DNA of 64,000 nucleotides from Dudresnaya verticillata (lineage: Eukaryota): NCBI GenBank assembly GCA_977862235.1, contig OZ374558.1, positions 1,674,001-1,738,000 of the forward strand, given 5' to 3'. This document shows positions 24,850 through 36,006 of the stretch, piece after piece (positions within the stretch are counted from its first letter, which is position 1; each line of letters begins with the position of its first letter). The notes beneath the pieces were generated by a model, which worked only from the letters and a program-made list of their open reading frames with translations, had not been told where the DNA came from and searched no databases. Position numbers and translations under genes: made by a program.

Positions 24850-24867
24850 TTCTAGGTCGGGAGACCA
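24850..24867 (-). promoter_or_regulatory. E2 primer-binding site (tRNA-Tyr-like)
   Basis: Minus strand TGGTCTCCCGACCTAGAA, 2 nt from the 5' LTR. The complement reads TT-CTAGG-TCGGGAG-A-CCA, the shape of a tRNA 3' end. Confidence 0.82.
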
Positions 24868-24869
24868 GA

Positions 24870-25779
24870 TGTGGTGCAAAACGTCTGAGACGATAGACCG
24901 CCGAGCAGTTCGGGGCTCGGTGGGTAGCTGCGCCCTTGGCGAGAGGTGGTCCCGCCGTGGGCGACTTGGTGGTAGAGCAAAGGAACACGCCTTGGGCGGA
25001 CTGTAGACGCCCGAGGCGGAAGGTGTGAAGGAAGGGAAAAGGAAACAGAAAGGGAACACGTCAAGGACGATGGTAGACGTGGAAGCACGGGAGGTAGACG
25101 CTTTGCCGTAGGCAGCGGTAGGATACGCGCGTGCGGAACGGGGAGGTCTGGACCAAGGCCGGCTTGCCCGGGCGTTTACTGTTACGTCTGGGACGGCTTA
25201 CCTAAGTATAGTACGGCGGTGCGGCGGCGGCGGTGCGTGTGCGTAGTGCGGGAACTCGGGACACGTGTCGTCCCGAGGCGCGTCTGACAGATCACCGGTT
25301 GCATGCAGCCGCGCGCCTGACAGGTTGCCGTGCAACCCCCTGTATAGGTGCTTACACACACACGTGGACGCGTGGGCCTTTCAGCCGTGCGTGCGCGCGC
25401 ACTGTAGAGCGTGCGCCTTGGATCTAATCCGATACTTGTCTGATCCCGATCCCATCCGGATCGGGCCAGCAATGCGAATACCCGCAGCCTTACAGGCGCG
25501 TATCTTACAGCTTAGGCGATCCGGATAACCAATCTGGATACCGGATCCGGATCCCATCTGGATCCGTATTACAGTGCCCCGGGGCGCCACGTCGGGCTAT
25601 CACCGTACATTGCCCGTGTGGCGCGCGGCGCGCAATGTGCGCGCGCGCCCCAGTGAGCCGTCGATGACGTGTTCGCGCGCCAACGGCGGTGGTGAGCGCC
25701 GGTGGCGGGTTCTCCGTCGGTCGACGTATTTGGTCGACCCGCTTTCAGCGAAAAAGGGCTCGCCTCCCCTTGCACCACA
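24870..25779 (-). repeat. E2 5' LTR (910 bp)
   Basis: Direct repeat of 12512-13421 with TG...CA termini. Confidence 0.95.
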
Positions 25780-26589
25780 GTCCCTATCCCACTGTGTCGG
25801 CTTGTGTCTCTGATTTTGTGAGAGAGTTCTCGAGGCTCTCGTCCGCTGTTGTCTTGGTCCGTGAGCTTGCTGAGAGGTTGAGTGTTGTGCGTGGTGACTC
25901 TCGTTAAGTCAGGACCTCGTTGGCCTAGGGGAGCAGCCTCCAGTAAGATCCAGAACCTTGACACGGTTGGGCGTAGTTCCATTCCTGCAAGAGACTGGAC
26001 CTGTTCGTGTGGTGAACACTCGTTTTGAGTTAGTACCCATAAGGTGGACGTCTCGTAAGGATTGCACACTTCGTGTCTGTGTGCGCACGACACGAAAGGG
26101 CTGCTGAAAGACGCATTTCACCCGGAGAATCATATCCGGGGGCCAGGAGTCCGACTCCTAGGGGTGACTAGGTAGAACCTGGTGCCAGAACATCCCGCGT
26201 CAAAAAGACGTTCAACTATCAAGAATCAACTTTTCAACTTCAAATTTCAACTTTTCTTCTTCAGTCCAGGTGATCCCATCATCACCTGAGAGTTTCATTA
26301 CTCCAAGCGTGGGAGCTACTTGGCAAAGTGTGCTCCGCTTGTGACTGTATTATATTACCGACGGTGTTGCACGTTGAGGGACGGAGGTACCGACGCTTTG
26401 CCTAATGGAAGCGGTGGCGACGCACACACTAGCGGGAAGGGGAATTCGGCTACCAAGGCCATAAAGGGGGAAAACAAAAGGGGATACATGTCAAAGACGT
26501 ACATTGACGCGGAAGCGCGATCGTTGCAACGCGTAGCCAACGTCGGTAGCGGCAGTGACGCTAACGAGCGAAGGTGCGAAGTGTGAAGG

Positions 26590-26827
26590 TAGACCGGCTT
26601 GCCGGGGTTTACTGTGACGTCCGAGACGGGTTACCTAAGTATTACTACTGCTGCGTGGGCGACGGCGGTGGCGCTGTGGCGCGCGGGAACTCAGGAAACG
26701 TGTCGTTCCGTCGTGCGTCTGACAAGCGCCCTCGGAATGCAGCTGCGCGCCTGACTCATTTGCCCACGCCAGCACGCGCGCCGCGCTAATGCTTACACCT
26801 ACACGTGTTCACGCACCGCGCTTACAG
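26590..26827 (-). mobile_element. Diverged LTR relic related to the E2 LTR (true boundaries unresolved)
   Basis: Collinear similarity to 12795-13026: CCGGCTTGCC.GGG, TTTACTGT.ACGTC, TTACCTAAGTAT, GCGCGGGAACTC, CGTGTCGT, GCGTCTGACA, TGCTTACAC. Confidence 0.7.
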
Positions 26828-28039
26828 ACGCTTGGTGCCATTGTCCTCCGCTGCCCTGTGACACGTGCCACGTGTGCAAGTATGCCACGGGGTGCGGCAG
26901 CGTGACCCAGTAACTACACCTCACGCGTTCTCTCAACCCGACATTGCCGTCACTATCCGCTATGAGCGGGAGGTCTGGTTCTTGACCAAGCTGCCCGACA
27001 AAGTCGAATGACTAGCGCCATCGACGGAAACAGGGATCACGAGCGGGTTCGCGCCTAGAGCTCGATCCCAGTCGCCAAAGGCGCTAGAAACGTCAAAGAC
27101 GGGATCTATCCGTCTAGGACAATACAGAGCGCCAGTGGGGTGGGATAATTTGCACCATAAAACCGGACAAGCAACGGCTCGCGCTGAAGCTTGCCCCCAG
27201 CCTTTGCATATTTGCGATTCCGAGCACTACGCCCTGGAATGCAATCATCGCCATCTCCTTTTCCATGTCGTCTGAGATGCGGAACTTGTCATGCCGCCTC
27301 TTAAAGTTCGAGTGCGCTGCTGGAAAATTCGAATCCCCACGGGCCTTAACCTTGTTCAAACCCATAGTCTTCTGCCAAATCTAGACACGCACCTTGTCTA
27401 CAGCAACACCATCGCCAGGTACCCGGTTGGCATGCTCTTTGGGGTCCTTCTGATCCAGTGGACTGATCTGATTGTCGCATCCTAACTGCCCAGGAGTAGG
27501 GCTCCTATCCGCAGTACCACTCTCCTTTCCATCTCTCTCAGAGAATTATGAAACTCCAGGTAGTGACAACTGGACTACACGTTCCGAAGCATAGCTAATT
27601 GAGTTCAGCTCCGACATCATAATGGCATTCTGTTGAGTAATGCCATATACGGTATCCTGGAGACCAGAAACGCTTGTTTCCAGGACAGTCTGTGCCTGCA
27701 GCAGCTCTTCCACATACGCAGCCAGTTTGCCTTCCAGATTCGACGCATCTGCCCGGGTCGCAAGGGGCACCATCTCGTTAACAGCTTTGAAAACCGAGGC
27801 ACTCGCGCTTTCTCGTAAAGTGTACTGACCTCACTTTACCACCTTTGGAGTCAGTGTGTTGTAGACAGGACAACACACATTATTTCGAAATAATGTTGCG
27901 AAAGCTTCTCGATGTTGTTGTCAACGTCCTTTTTTCTCTACTCACGGGTCTCAGCCTTACCTTATCTACCACATTGGAAGTGCTGGAGAGCGAGTGCTCA
28001 AACTAGTATAACGGAACAGCTACAAACAATAAAAACAAA

Positions 28040-28138
28040 CGGCTTCAGGTAACAGAACATAGGCTAACGTCTCGGCTTCAAGCTACTGAAAATAGGCTAA
28101 GATCTCGGCTTCAAGCTACAGAACGTAGGCTATCGTCT
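28040..28138 (+). repeat. 3 x 33-bp tandem repeat
   Basis: Consensus CGGCTTCAAGCTACAGAA.ATAGGCTAA..TCT; reads RLQVTEHRLTS-RLQATENRLRS-RLQATERRLSS. Confidence 0.85.
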
Positions 28139-29165
28139 CTGTGTAACGCTTAGAAATAAACCCCAGTATCACTTTGCCACAGATCGAGGCCATCAGCGCG
28201 TGGTGAATTTTCTAGCTACCAGGAAGGGCACTTCGCCAATAGATGAGAAAAGCTATCTTCTAACCCACCTTAAAATTCTCTTGCACTTCAACCTTTCACG
28301 GGGCTATTGACCGCTGTATACTCTTCGACCGTCGGTGGCTGTTAACCGCTTTACACTCATCGACAGTCGCCTTTCACATGAGTTTTAGTTAGGCCCCCTT
28401 TCGGGGCTGCCTGCAGCCCTGCAGTCTTTCCTATGCATACAGATCTCATTCTCCTTCTTTTTGGCGCACTCTGAATCATTGCCTTTTTGGAATTAATCTC
28501 TATCCAGTCCTTACATGATGAAACATCGACATATGAACCCTTTGACGAGCTCATACAGTAGGGCAATTGATCCCATGCCATGAGAATGCGTGGTGATACT
28601 CCCCCACAGTGCAGCTGGTTATGCATGCCTAACTTGATCAATTAAGATTCGCGCGGTTTACACGCGGCCTCATTTGTTTCGTGTTATAGGGCGCTTAGCC
28701 GTTAGCTCTTTGCAACAATATTTGTGCAATATGGCTCTTCCAGCGGTCAAACGGAACGCATTGAGCCGGACAGCAGCGATGATTGGCTGTCCATGCCAGT
28801 AAGACAAGTGTCCCATCTAGAAATTGCAGTAACCGTTATACTGTAATGCAGCGTGAGAGGATGTCGATTACAGCGGAAGCATCGGCGATTGTGAGGGTTC
28901 CGTTTCTGTCTCCGCTATTGCAGAACCGCTTCGGACTGCTCTGGTGCGCTGGATGCTTGCGCTTTTCAGAACCGCCAAATCACATACAGATCAAGCGAGA
29001 ACTGGATAATCACCGCGGCCATTCCGAGCGCACGCCGCAACCCCTTGCACACAACAAGACGTTTTTGAGCCCCAAGGTTCTTGCGGACAGGTGTCCTCTC
29101 TTCCTACCGCTTCCAGCGTCAAAAGAATACTCGTCCTATTACAAGTAGGAGTGGATACGCCGAGA

Positions 29166-29936
29166 ATGCAGCCTCCGGGTGAAAACGTCCCGCAAGGCAT
29201 GGGAGGTAGGAACTTGAATTCGAATTGGGCAAGCGTCAGTGTTGTCCCATCTCAAGCTACAACGTCGGGCTTTCCTCCCCTAAATGTTCTCTCCGCCCCG
29301 AGCAACGATGCGTTCTACCATATGAAGAAGCCTCTTTCAGCCTGCATCAATGTTATTCTCAATCATGCGAATGAGGCCGCGAGAGCGAAGAATCCGGCAG
29401 CTACTGATTTGAGGGAGAAGGTCCGATGCATTTTCAGTGCTGTTGACCTCACACTTGGGGTCGAACTGGGAGAGAGGTTTCAGATGATTTTCTGCGAGTT
29501 CTTGCTTGCCCACCCGTCCGTGCATGAAACTGGAGACATTCAGATACTTTTCAAAACGGCGTTAAAACTGACGGATCTCATTTCCGCTGTGCCAAGAGAC
29601 CGCGCCGGGACGTGTGGCTATGCTGAATGTCTGCTATTCTTGGCAGCAATCGTTAACACTCTTGCTAAGAAGAGGAAGGAAGTGCGAGAAGAGATCAATG
29701 CTCTCTGGAGAGATGGAGGAAGTATTAGTGACATTCGAAGTGAGGAGCTCGAGATAATGAGTGACTCTTCCCAGAAGGATCTAAACACTCTATTAGGTTC
29801 GGCGCATGCGTCCGCCACTGGAGCTGTTGCCATCTTCCAAGCCGCATTTCAGAGATTACCGGAACCCACCATCAACGGCAGATATGGGATCGCAGTAACA
29901 ACTGCGACCCAGTTGGCAGCCGAGCTACCGCTGTGA
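29166..29936 (+). CDS. Hypothetical protein (256 aa, probably helical)
   Basis: Longest ORF in the unique spacer, ATG at 29166, with protein-like composition and an AT-richer 3' flank. No recognised domain. Confidence 0.55.
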   Translation: MQPPGENVPQGMGGRNLNSNWASVSVVPSQATTSGFPPLNVLSAPSNDAFYHMKKPLSACINVILNHANEAARAKNPAATDLREKVRCIFSAVDLTLGVELGERFQMIFCEFLLAHPSVHETGDIQILFKTALKLTDLISAVPRDRAGTCGYAECLLFLAAIVNTLAKKRKEVREEINALWRDGGSISDIRSEELEIMSDSSQKDLNTLLGSAHASATGAVAIFQAAFQRLPEPTINGRYGIAVTTATQLAAELPL

Positions 29937-32900
29937 GAACATTCCCAAAGTGCCGACGGAGATTCTACGATAATCTTAACACAACCATTTGCATTAGCAA
30001 TGTGTAAATATGTTCTGATTGTTAACATTGACGGAGAGAGATTCTGCATCTAATTGTCGCAAAAGTGTAACATATTCGCTGGGCACCATAACAATGAATA
30101 CAAATGGTAGCTTTTCACAGTTCATCTACAACGTGTTGTGATAGTTCAGCACGGGGAAAGGGACGGTGAAGCATATAGAAAGACTTTCACGGTATCCATA
30201 GAGCATCTACCGCTCCAACACCATTGATTGCGTAAAAGACTCTGCGCATGGCACCTAGCAGACTGCAAAAGAGTTGTTCCCTTTTCCGCTTGAACCCCCC
30301 GCTAGTACGCCAGCGCATGTCACAATACAAGTTCGAAAGTCATCCCCACGCAGACTGTCTGGCTGTCCTTAGGCTCTGCTTCAACTCGGGTCGCTTGGCA
30401 GGCCCGCCGAAGACTATTAGCCCTGCCGCATGCCCCCTCCTCCGCTCTAAAACCCGTAATTCGGAATCTGCTCGCCCCATCCCTGCTGATCTTCTACCGC
30501 GCACAAGAATGCAAGTCTGCCCTTGGTGGATGCCGTCGTGCTCAGATTTCCCTAGCCTCGCGCTTCGCGCCGGCCCTTCTACTCTCGGACCACCAAGACA
30601 GAGTCCTCGTCCTTAGATGGTACCATTGCACTTTCCCGATTCCCCACGATGCCTTCTTGCTAGTCAGGCCCTTCGCCCCAATTTGATCACAATGAACAAA
30701 CTGACCAAGGTTACCCCATCCCCTCAGTCCTACCTTAGGTCTGTCTTCAATTGCTGCGATCCGCATGCTCGTTGTCGCTAAGTATCCCTCCCACAGCCCC
30801 CTCAATCACTCCTGGGACGTGGGCCCTAGGACAGAGTTCCTGCTAATGGGCCACAGTATCTCGCGCAGGAGCACCTCAATCTTGCAGTAAAGTAGAAACA
30901 TAGCATCCTTTGCTACCTTTTCGCAGCGATTGAATTACAACCATGTGCCGATAATTTGGGCTGGATTCGAGCAAGCAACAGTTTCTTGCTTCCGCTCGTT
31001 CGTCGCAGCAGGAAAGGAATCTAAAATGTTACGTGATTTGCACAAACCCAGCACAGTCAGACAGAAATTCAATAGATATCCAGAAGGGAATGGTAAGATA
31101 GAAATGTCTGAAAGAAGAAGAACATTTACAATCTTGAGAAGGATACCGGAGAACACATCAGGAATACAAATGAGTGAAACACCAACAAATCCAATACAAT
31201 AAAATATGAGTGAAGGCGATAGCGTGTTATGCTCAGTACAAAAAACTGCAGAGAATGAAACAAGGCCGACCAAGATTATTGAAGAGTTCGGGAAGCTAGA
31301 AAGATGGTGTAATACTTATCCATGGATTTGCGTTTGGCGGACAAAGGTAGATGGTGTCTCAGACGACCAATCTTGATATCTTCAAAATAAGCAGCGGTTT
31401 TTGAGCCAGATAGCACAACCAAGAAACCTGTTGGTCAACGATGGCTTGCGGGGATGTTATGCCTCTTGAACAGGTTGCCCAAGACAGTGCAAAGGGCCTT
31501 CGAAATTTCATTCGCGTGGCTGCGTTGGCAGTGGCTACCACTTGTGCAGCTCGAATAAGGAATATGTAGGGTGAGTAGGAACATGAAGAATGATTACCAG
31601 CGTGACGGCAAACAAGATTAGTTCTTGTGGCTTTGATACGCCAGATGGAATAAGAAACAACTTCAGTGCCGTGTGGGACAAACGTATCTTAGCAATGGCA
31701 TCGCGTCGCACCAATAGAACTGGACCAGTAGGTGTGAGATTTGAGCCGCGAGAGATCAATAACGAAAGGGCGTATAGTGCACGTTGGAATGTCCTGGCTC
31801 GGGAGATACTCTGGAGTAGCAATGAGGAAATTGCAGAATCGAATATGTTCTTCGGGAATGTTTCATAGATCATAGACACAGCAACCGGGAGAGGAAGCTT
31901 CTAACATCGGGCATGATGCTGGGTACCACCATTAGGAAGCGTAAACTTGTCGCGGAGAGCATGTTGCACCGTAACTCCTCAACTACGCATTGCCAAGACA
32001 AGCGAGTGGGCTCGAGGGGGTGACGACAAATCGGTAGACGTATTGTTAGTTGAGTCGAAACAGAACGTGCTTTGTTCGCAGACGCCGTGAACTAGAACGT
32101 TGAACATACGGATATTGCAGCTGAAAGCCAAGCCGATGCGGGTGCTGAAAAGAGCGCTGTTGCCTTCGGACGATACGGAACGGCAACGCAAGGTTGCTTC
32201 ATTTCGCAGTACCTTGATTTCTTGTGCATTGGCAGAAGCGGCGCTGGAAGATACAGCGCGATGGTAGCCAGGGGCTGTCAGTTCCACGGGAAGAGAAGAA
32301 GAGGGAAGACGCCGAAAGAGATATCCGTCTGGGGGCTGTCACCTGGACGTGGATGGAAGTGAATGGTCCTTGCAGTCATGCAGAGAGGCCACGAGCATCC
32401 GAAGCATGAGAAATTGAACTCGAGTGCTGTAAGCATGTCAGCTTCCAGGCTTCCAGTGTGCAAAGCTTTTTTTGTCGAATCGCACCAGAGCGGTTTTGGA
32501 AATGTGACACTTGAGATCGCCGATAGGACCGCTCGAACGCAGCGCAAGGGCTTCCCCTTTGGCGGCAGACTCGGACATCGCTTCCAGTGTGGTTCGCACC
32601 CCACTACCGACGGCCGCCGGCAGCAACTTTGTTCCCTGTTTCGGTATTGAGTGACGGCCTTCGCAACTTCCGCTAGGCTTATCTTACGAGCCACAAGTCC
32701 ACGACTCAAACACAAGGTCTACTCTAGGGGAAAGGTTCGTGAACAGTACTCTCTTTCACGGGTCTCAGCATCTTCATTGCTCTGCTTCTTCATGGATGAC
32801 CCGTTCAAGCCGTACTAACAACCACTCAACTTCATTCCCTATTGCGAAGGTGTTACAGCAGTTCCAACATGGCCGACTTCCCTGGTGTTACAATTTGCGA

Positions 32901-34917
32901 TCGATACAGAGTAGACGTCCCAATTTCCAACCATGTTTATCTTTCGTATGATATTGTTGGCTAATTTCGAGTTGTTCGGCAAGTATCGCGAGTCACTTTT
33001 TCGCTGCAGACTTGCGATTACTCGTAATGTGCCCTGGTCCAGTGATTGCATCACCGCTGCACGCCTCAATTTTCGTCCGTAGCCATGCACTACGGAAATC
33101 CTATTTCTCGACGTGGGGTTTTAGGGTGCATGATGGAAAACAAGACAAACTTGAGATGCTCCACCCCTCAGACTGTCGAAGGGGCGCTCTGGCCACCCGA
33201 CCCCGCCCCAGTTCGCGCGATTAAGATATGTCAAGCGGGAGGCGGAATCGGCGCGCGTGGGCAGCAGCCGGGCTGCGAGAACGGCGACAGCCATGTCACA
33301 GTCGTTGCGCGGGAGGCTTTTCGACAAGTAGCGTCTATGCTGCCTCGCAGGCCCGAGCATGCGTAAATCAGGATGGAGCGAAAACAACACAACACACATA
33401 CTGGATGGTATCAAGACAGCACGGGCACTACAGGCTGTTCTGGTTCAGCTGAGATCAGCTGGAGCATAGTGCAATTTTGAGGCAGATGGCCAGAATGCAA
33501 AACGCACAGGCCACAAAGGCCGTGTGTTGGAGCAACACAGTCAAGTAACAGCACATGAAGAGCAGTTGTCCCATTGTAGAGGTGGTGTCTGCGACACGGC
33601 ATTGCGGGAGTGCTTTCACAGTTGCTTTGACAGGTCCGGCACATGGGCTATCGGTAGGGAAGGATGGCGCTGCAGCGTTACAGACTCTCTGCGAGAATGC
33701 GGAACCGACGCAGCACTCAAACAGGCAGAACTCTGGGATCCATGGTGCTCAGACGCGTAGTGCGATGCATGGGGGGATATTTCGGAGATGTGGAAGGGAT
33801 CGACTTGACAGGAGTGCGCGTGAGCGGTTGCGTGTAAGAGGCGACGAGCTCACCGGGACGCCCGGCAGTTCTGGAGAAGCCGGGTGCAAGCCGGGTGCAA
33901 GTCTGGTGGTGGTTCAGGGGGATTCTCAGGTCATAGGGGATTGCTGCGGTTCGGGGTGGAGTGGGGTTACCGATCGGGGTATATGCTGGAGGAGTCGGCT
34001 CATCGCATTAAATAAAAGTTGTTCTTTAAAATAAAGGTCTCCTCTCTCTCTCATCGCGGGGGAAGGCGGGGGACAGCAGGCCTCATTCTCATCGCCGATT
34101 GGCCATGCACGATTTGATCCCAGATAGTTCGTACAGAGCGCAGAGCGACGCTGAGCGGTAATCGCACCTGCCACCTCCGTCCCGGCCGTGATCCCTCCTC
34201 AGCCCACAAGTCGCAGTACCGCCAAGCCGCCTTCGTCAACTTCGTGTTCTCGTCCGAGTCGCGCAAGCGCTCACCACTGCCGTGATCTACACAGTAGCGT
34301 CGTGGCCTCTCTTCGCCGGTCGCAGCCTTCCCAACTGGCGGAGCGCCTGAAGCCCTGCCCGTGCTCTGGTGAAATTGACGTCTCCTCGGTGTCTACGCCA
34401 CTGGCTCAACCGCCTTCTCGCTGTGTGGCCCTCTACCTCCCCATCTACACCCCTACTTTCTCAATTCTACGAGCTTTTCAGACAGCGGAAAAAAGAGCAC
34501 GTGCTCTTGGATCGTGCGATAAGCACTAATAGTAGTACACTTTATTCAAAGAAGAAAGCTGGAGTCCTTTTGGGGGCTTAATTTCTGCCATAACGTGCAC
34601 TGCAGTCAACGACCTTGCGGATATTGACCGCCACCGCTACGTATTGTAGAAGAACAGTGGTCAACAGAGCGTGTTCATCTCCTTTATGCAACGTAAACGC
34701 AAACGCACTTTATCAACTAAGATGCTATTAGTGGTTCACTCACAACATACAGCGACAGTGGGAAGAAATTCTATCGCTTCGTAACCTTCAAAGTCCAGAC
34801 AGTATGGCAGGCATTCGGAACAGGAATGATAAGTAAAGGATTCCTGAAGAGGACACTATCTCTCGCCGTTACCAACAATCTGGACCTGCGCCACGAAACA
34901 CAATACACCGCCAGCTA

Positions 34918-36006
34918 CTAGCCCGCATTCTTATTAATCGCTGAAGTCCCGGGAGTCCTTTTGTCGACTGGCCCGTTATAGGGTTTGTAGCTGTGCTTCC
35001 TGTGGTGATGCTTCTTCAATACAGAAGCCCTGGTGGTGACCAATGGACAGTACTGGCAACCAAACCTGCGATACTTCTTGTGGAGGCTTTCAAAATGGCG
35101 CTTCATATCACCCCTGGTTCCGAATGTAGCCCTGCACGGAGTGTAAGCGCACGGAAAACGCTTGGTGCGTTCGTCTCTCTGGATAGATTCCGGTATGCGA
35201 AAAAGGTCCTCCGCGTTTTCCATGGCGTTGAGATCGTGGGCGTCGTTTGATTCGGGAAGAGAAGGCAACTGGTATTGGTCCAGGTCCATTATGGGAGCCT
35301 TCTGGTCTTCAGGCCCACTGATCTGCATAGCGCGAGAGTCAGACATTTTCAAGTTCTTCTCTCGTGTCTGCTCCATTGGAATTTCGGATTGCGCGACGAA
35401 GGGGCATCTTGATGAACCGGGCTCTGTTGAGGGAACCACGGTGATCTCACGGCGAGAACAGTTAAGCAGTCCAAGCAATGGAGTCACAGGCGGCACGTTT
35501 ACATGCATCTGGGTCCCAGTAGAAGAGCATGTATCGAAATGCATCTTTCCGTACTGCTCCGTTGGGATTCTTGGAAATATCATTGAGAAGGAGGGACCGC
35601 CTGTAGAACTCAGCTTGGGGTGTGGGACGTTGAATAGCGGGTTCGGCTTCCAGGCCCTGTTGTCAAAGGAACCCACTCTGCGGCGTTTGAAGAGTGTTGA
35701 AAGATTGGTAATGCCGTATGGTTCCGGCTCCATCGTAGGAATTATTGGAGTTCCCTGAAACAGGGGCGGTACCACCTGTTCCGTGGGGTTGATATCACTC
35801 GGTCCAGACCCTAGCGGTGAGTAATTAAACCCCGAAGGCGCAACAGTCTGGAGCGGAGCCGGGCGATATGATTCAACACGAACGAGAGATGAGTAGGGCG
35901 GTAGGCGAGCCACTGAAATATTTCGTTGAATGAGCAGTGGCGTGGGATCTGGGGGTGAGCCGTAAGGCCAGTCCATCTGAGAATTGATTTGTATGTGCCA
36001 GTGCAT
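34918..36006 (-). CDS. C2H2 zinc-finger protein (two C-terminal fingers), copy 1
   Basis: FPCAYTPCRATFGTRGDMKRHFESLH and FGCQYCPLVTTRASVLKKHHHRKH. First in-frame ATG at 36006; the ORF is open to 36156. Confidence 0.85.
   Translation of the reverse strand: MHWHIQINSQMDWPYGSPPDPTPLLIQRNISVARLPPYSSLVRVESYRPAPLQTVAPSGFNYSPLGSGPSDINPTEQVVPPLFQGTPIIPTMEPEPYGITNLSTLFKRRRVGSFDNRAWKPNPLFNVPHPKLSSTGGPSFSMIFPRIPTEQYGKMHFDTCSSTGTQMHVNVPPVTPLLGLLNCSRREITVVPSTEPGSSRCPFVAQSEIPMEQTREKNLKMSDSRAMQISGPEDQKAPIMDLDQYQLPSLPESNDAHDLNAMENAEDLFRIPESIQRDERTKRFPCAYTPCRATFGTRGDMKRHFESLHKKYRRFGCQYCPLVTTRASVLKKHHHRKHSYKPYNGPVDKRTPGTSAINKNAG

Larger units (their letters stand above)
12512..25779 (-). mobile_element. Ty3/Gypsy chromodomain LTR retrotransposon E2, full-length, partly decayed
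   Basis: Two 910-bp LTRs, PBS, intact gag ORF, PR-RT-RH ORF, integrase, chromodomain and PPT. Flanks (GCGAG / GTCCC) do not form a TSD. Confidence 0.95.

Noticed and set aside
25780..26192. Another LTR fragment ending ...AGAACA
   Set aside because: Plausible by composition, but there is no second copy, PBS or PPT in the window to support it.
27100..27830. Short coiled-coil-like minus ORF (27546-27773) as a gene
   Set aside because: Too short and flanked by broken frames; cannot be supported without homology.
28040..28138. CRISPR-like array
   Set aside because: Head-to-tail repeats with no spacers, no cas genes, and a eukaryotic context.
35162..35758. 198-aa plus-strand ORF (also 43283-43879 and 58847-59443)
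   Set aside because: Antisense shadow of the zinc-finger CDS, repeated only because the unit is duplicated.
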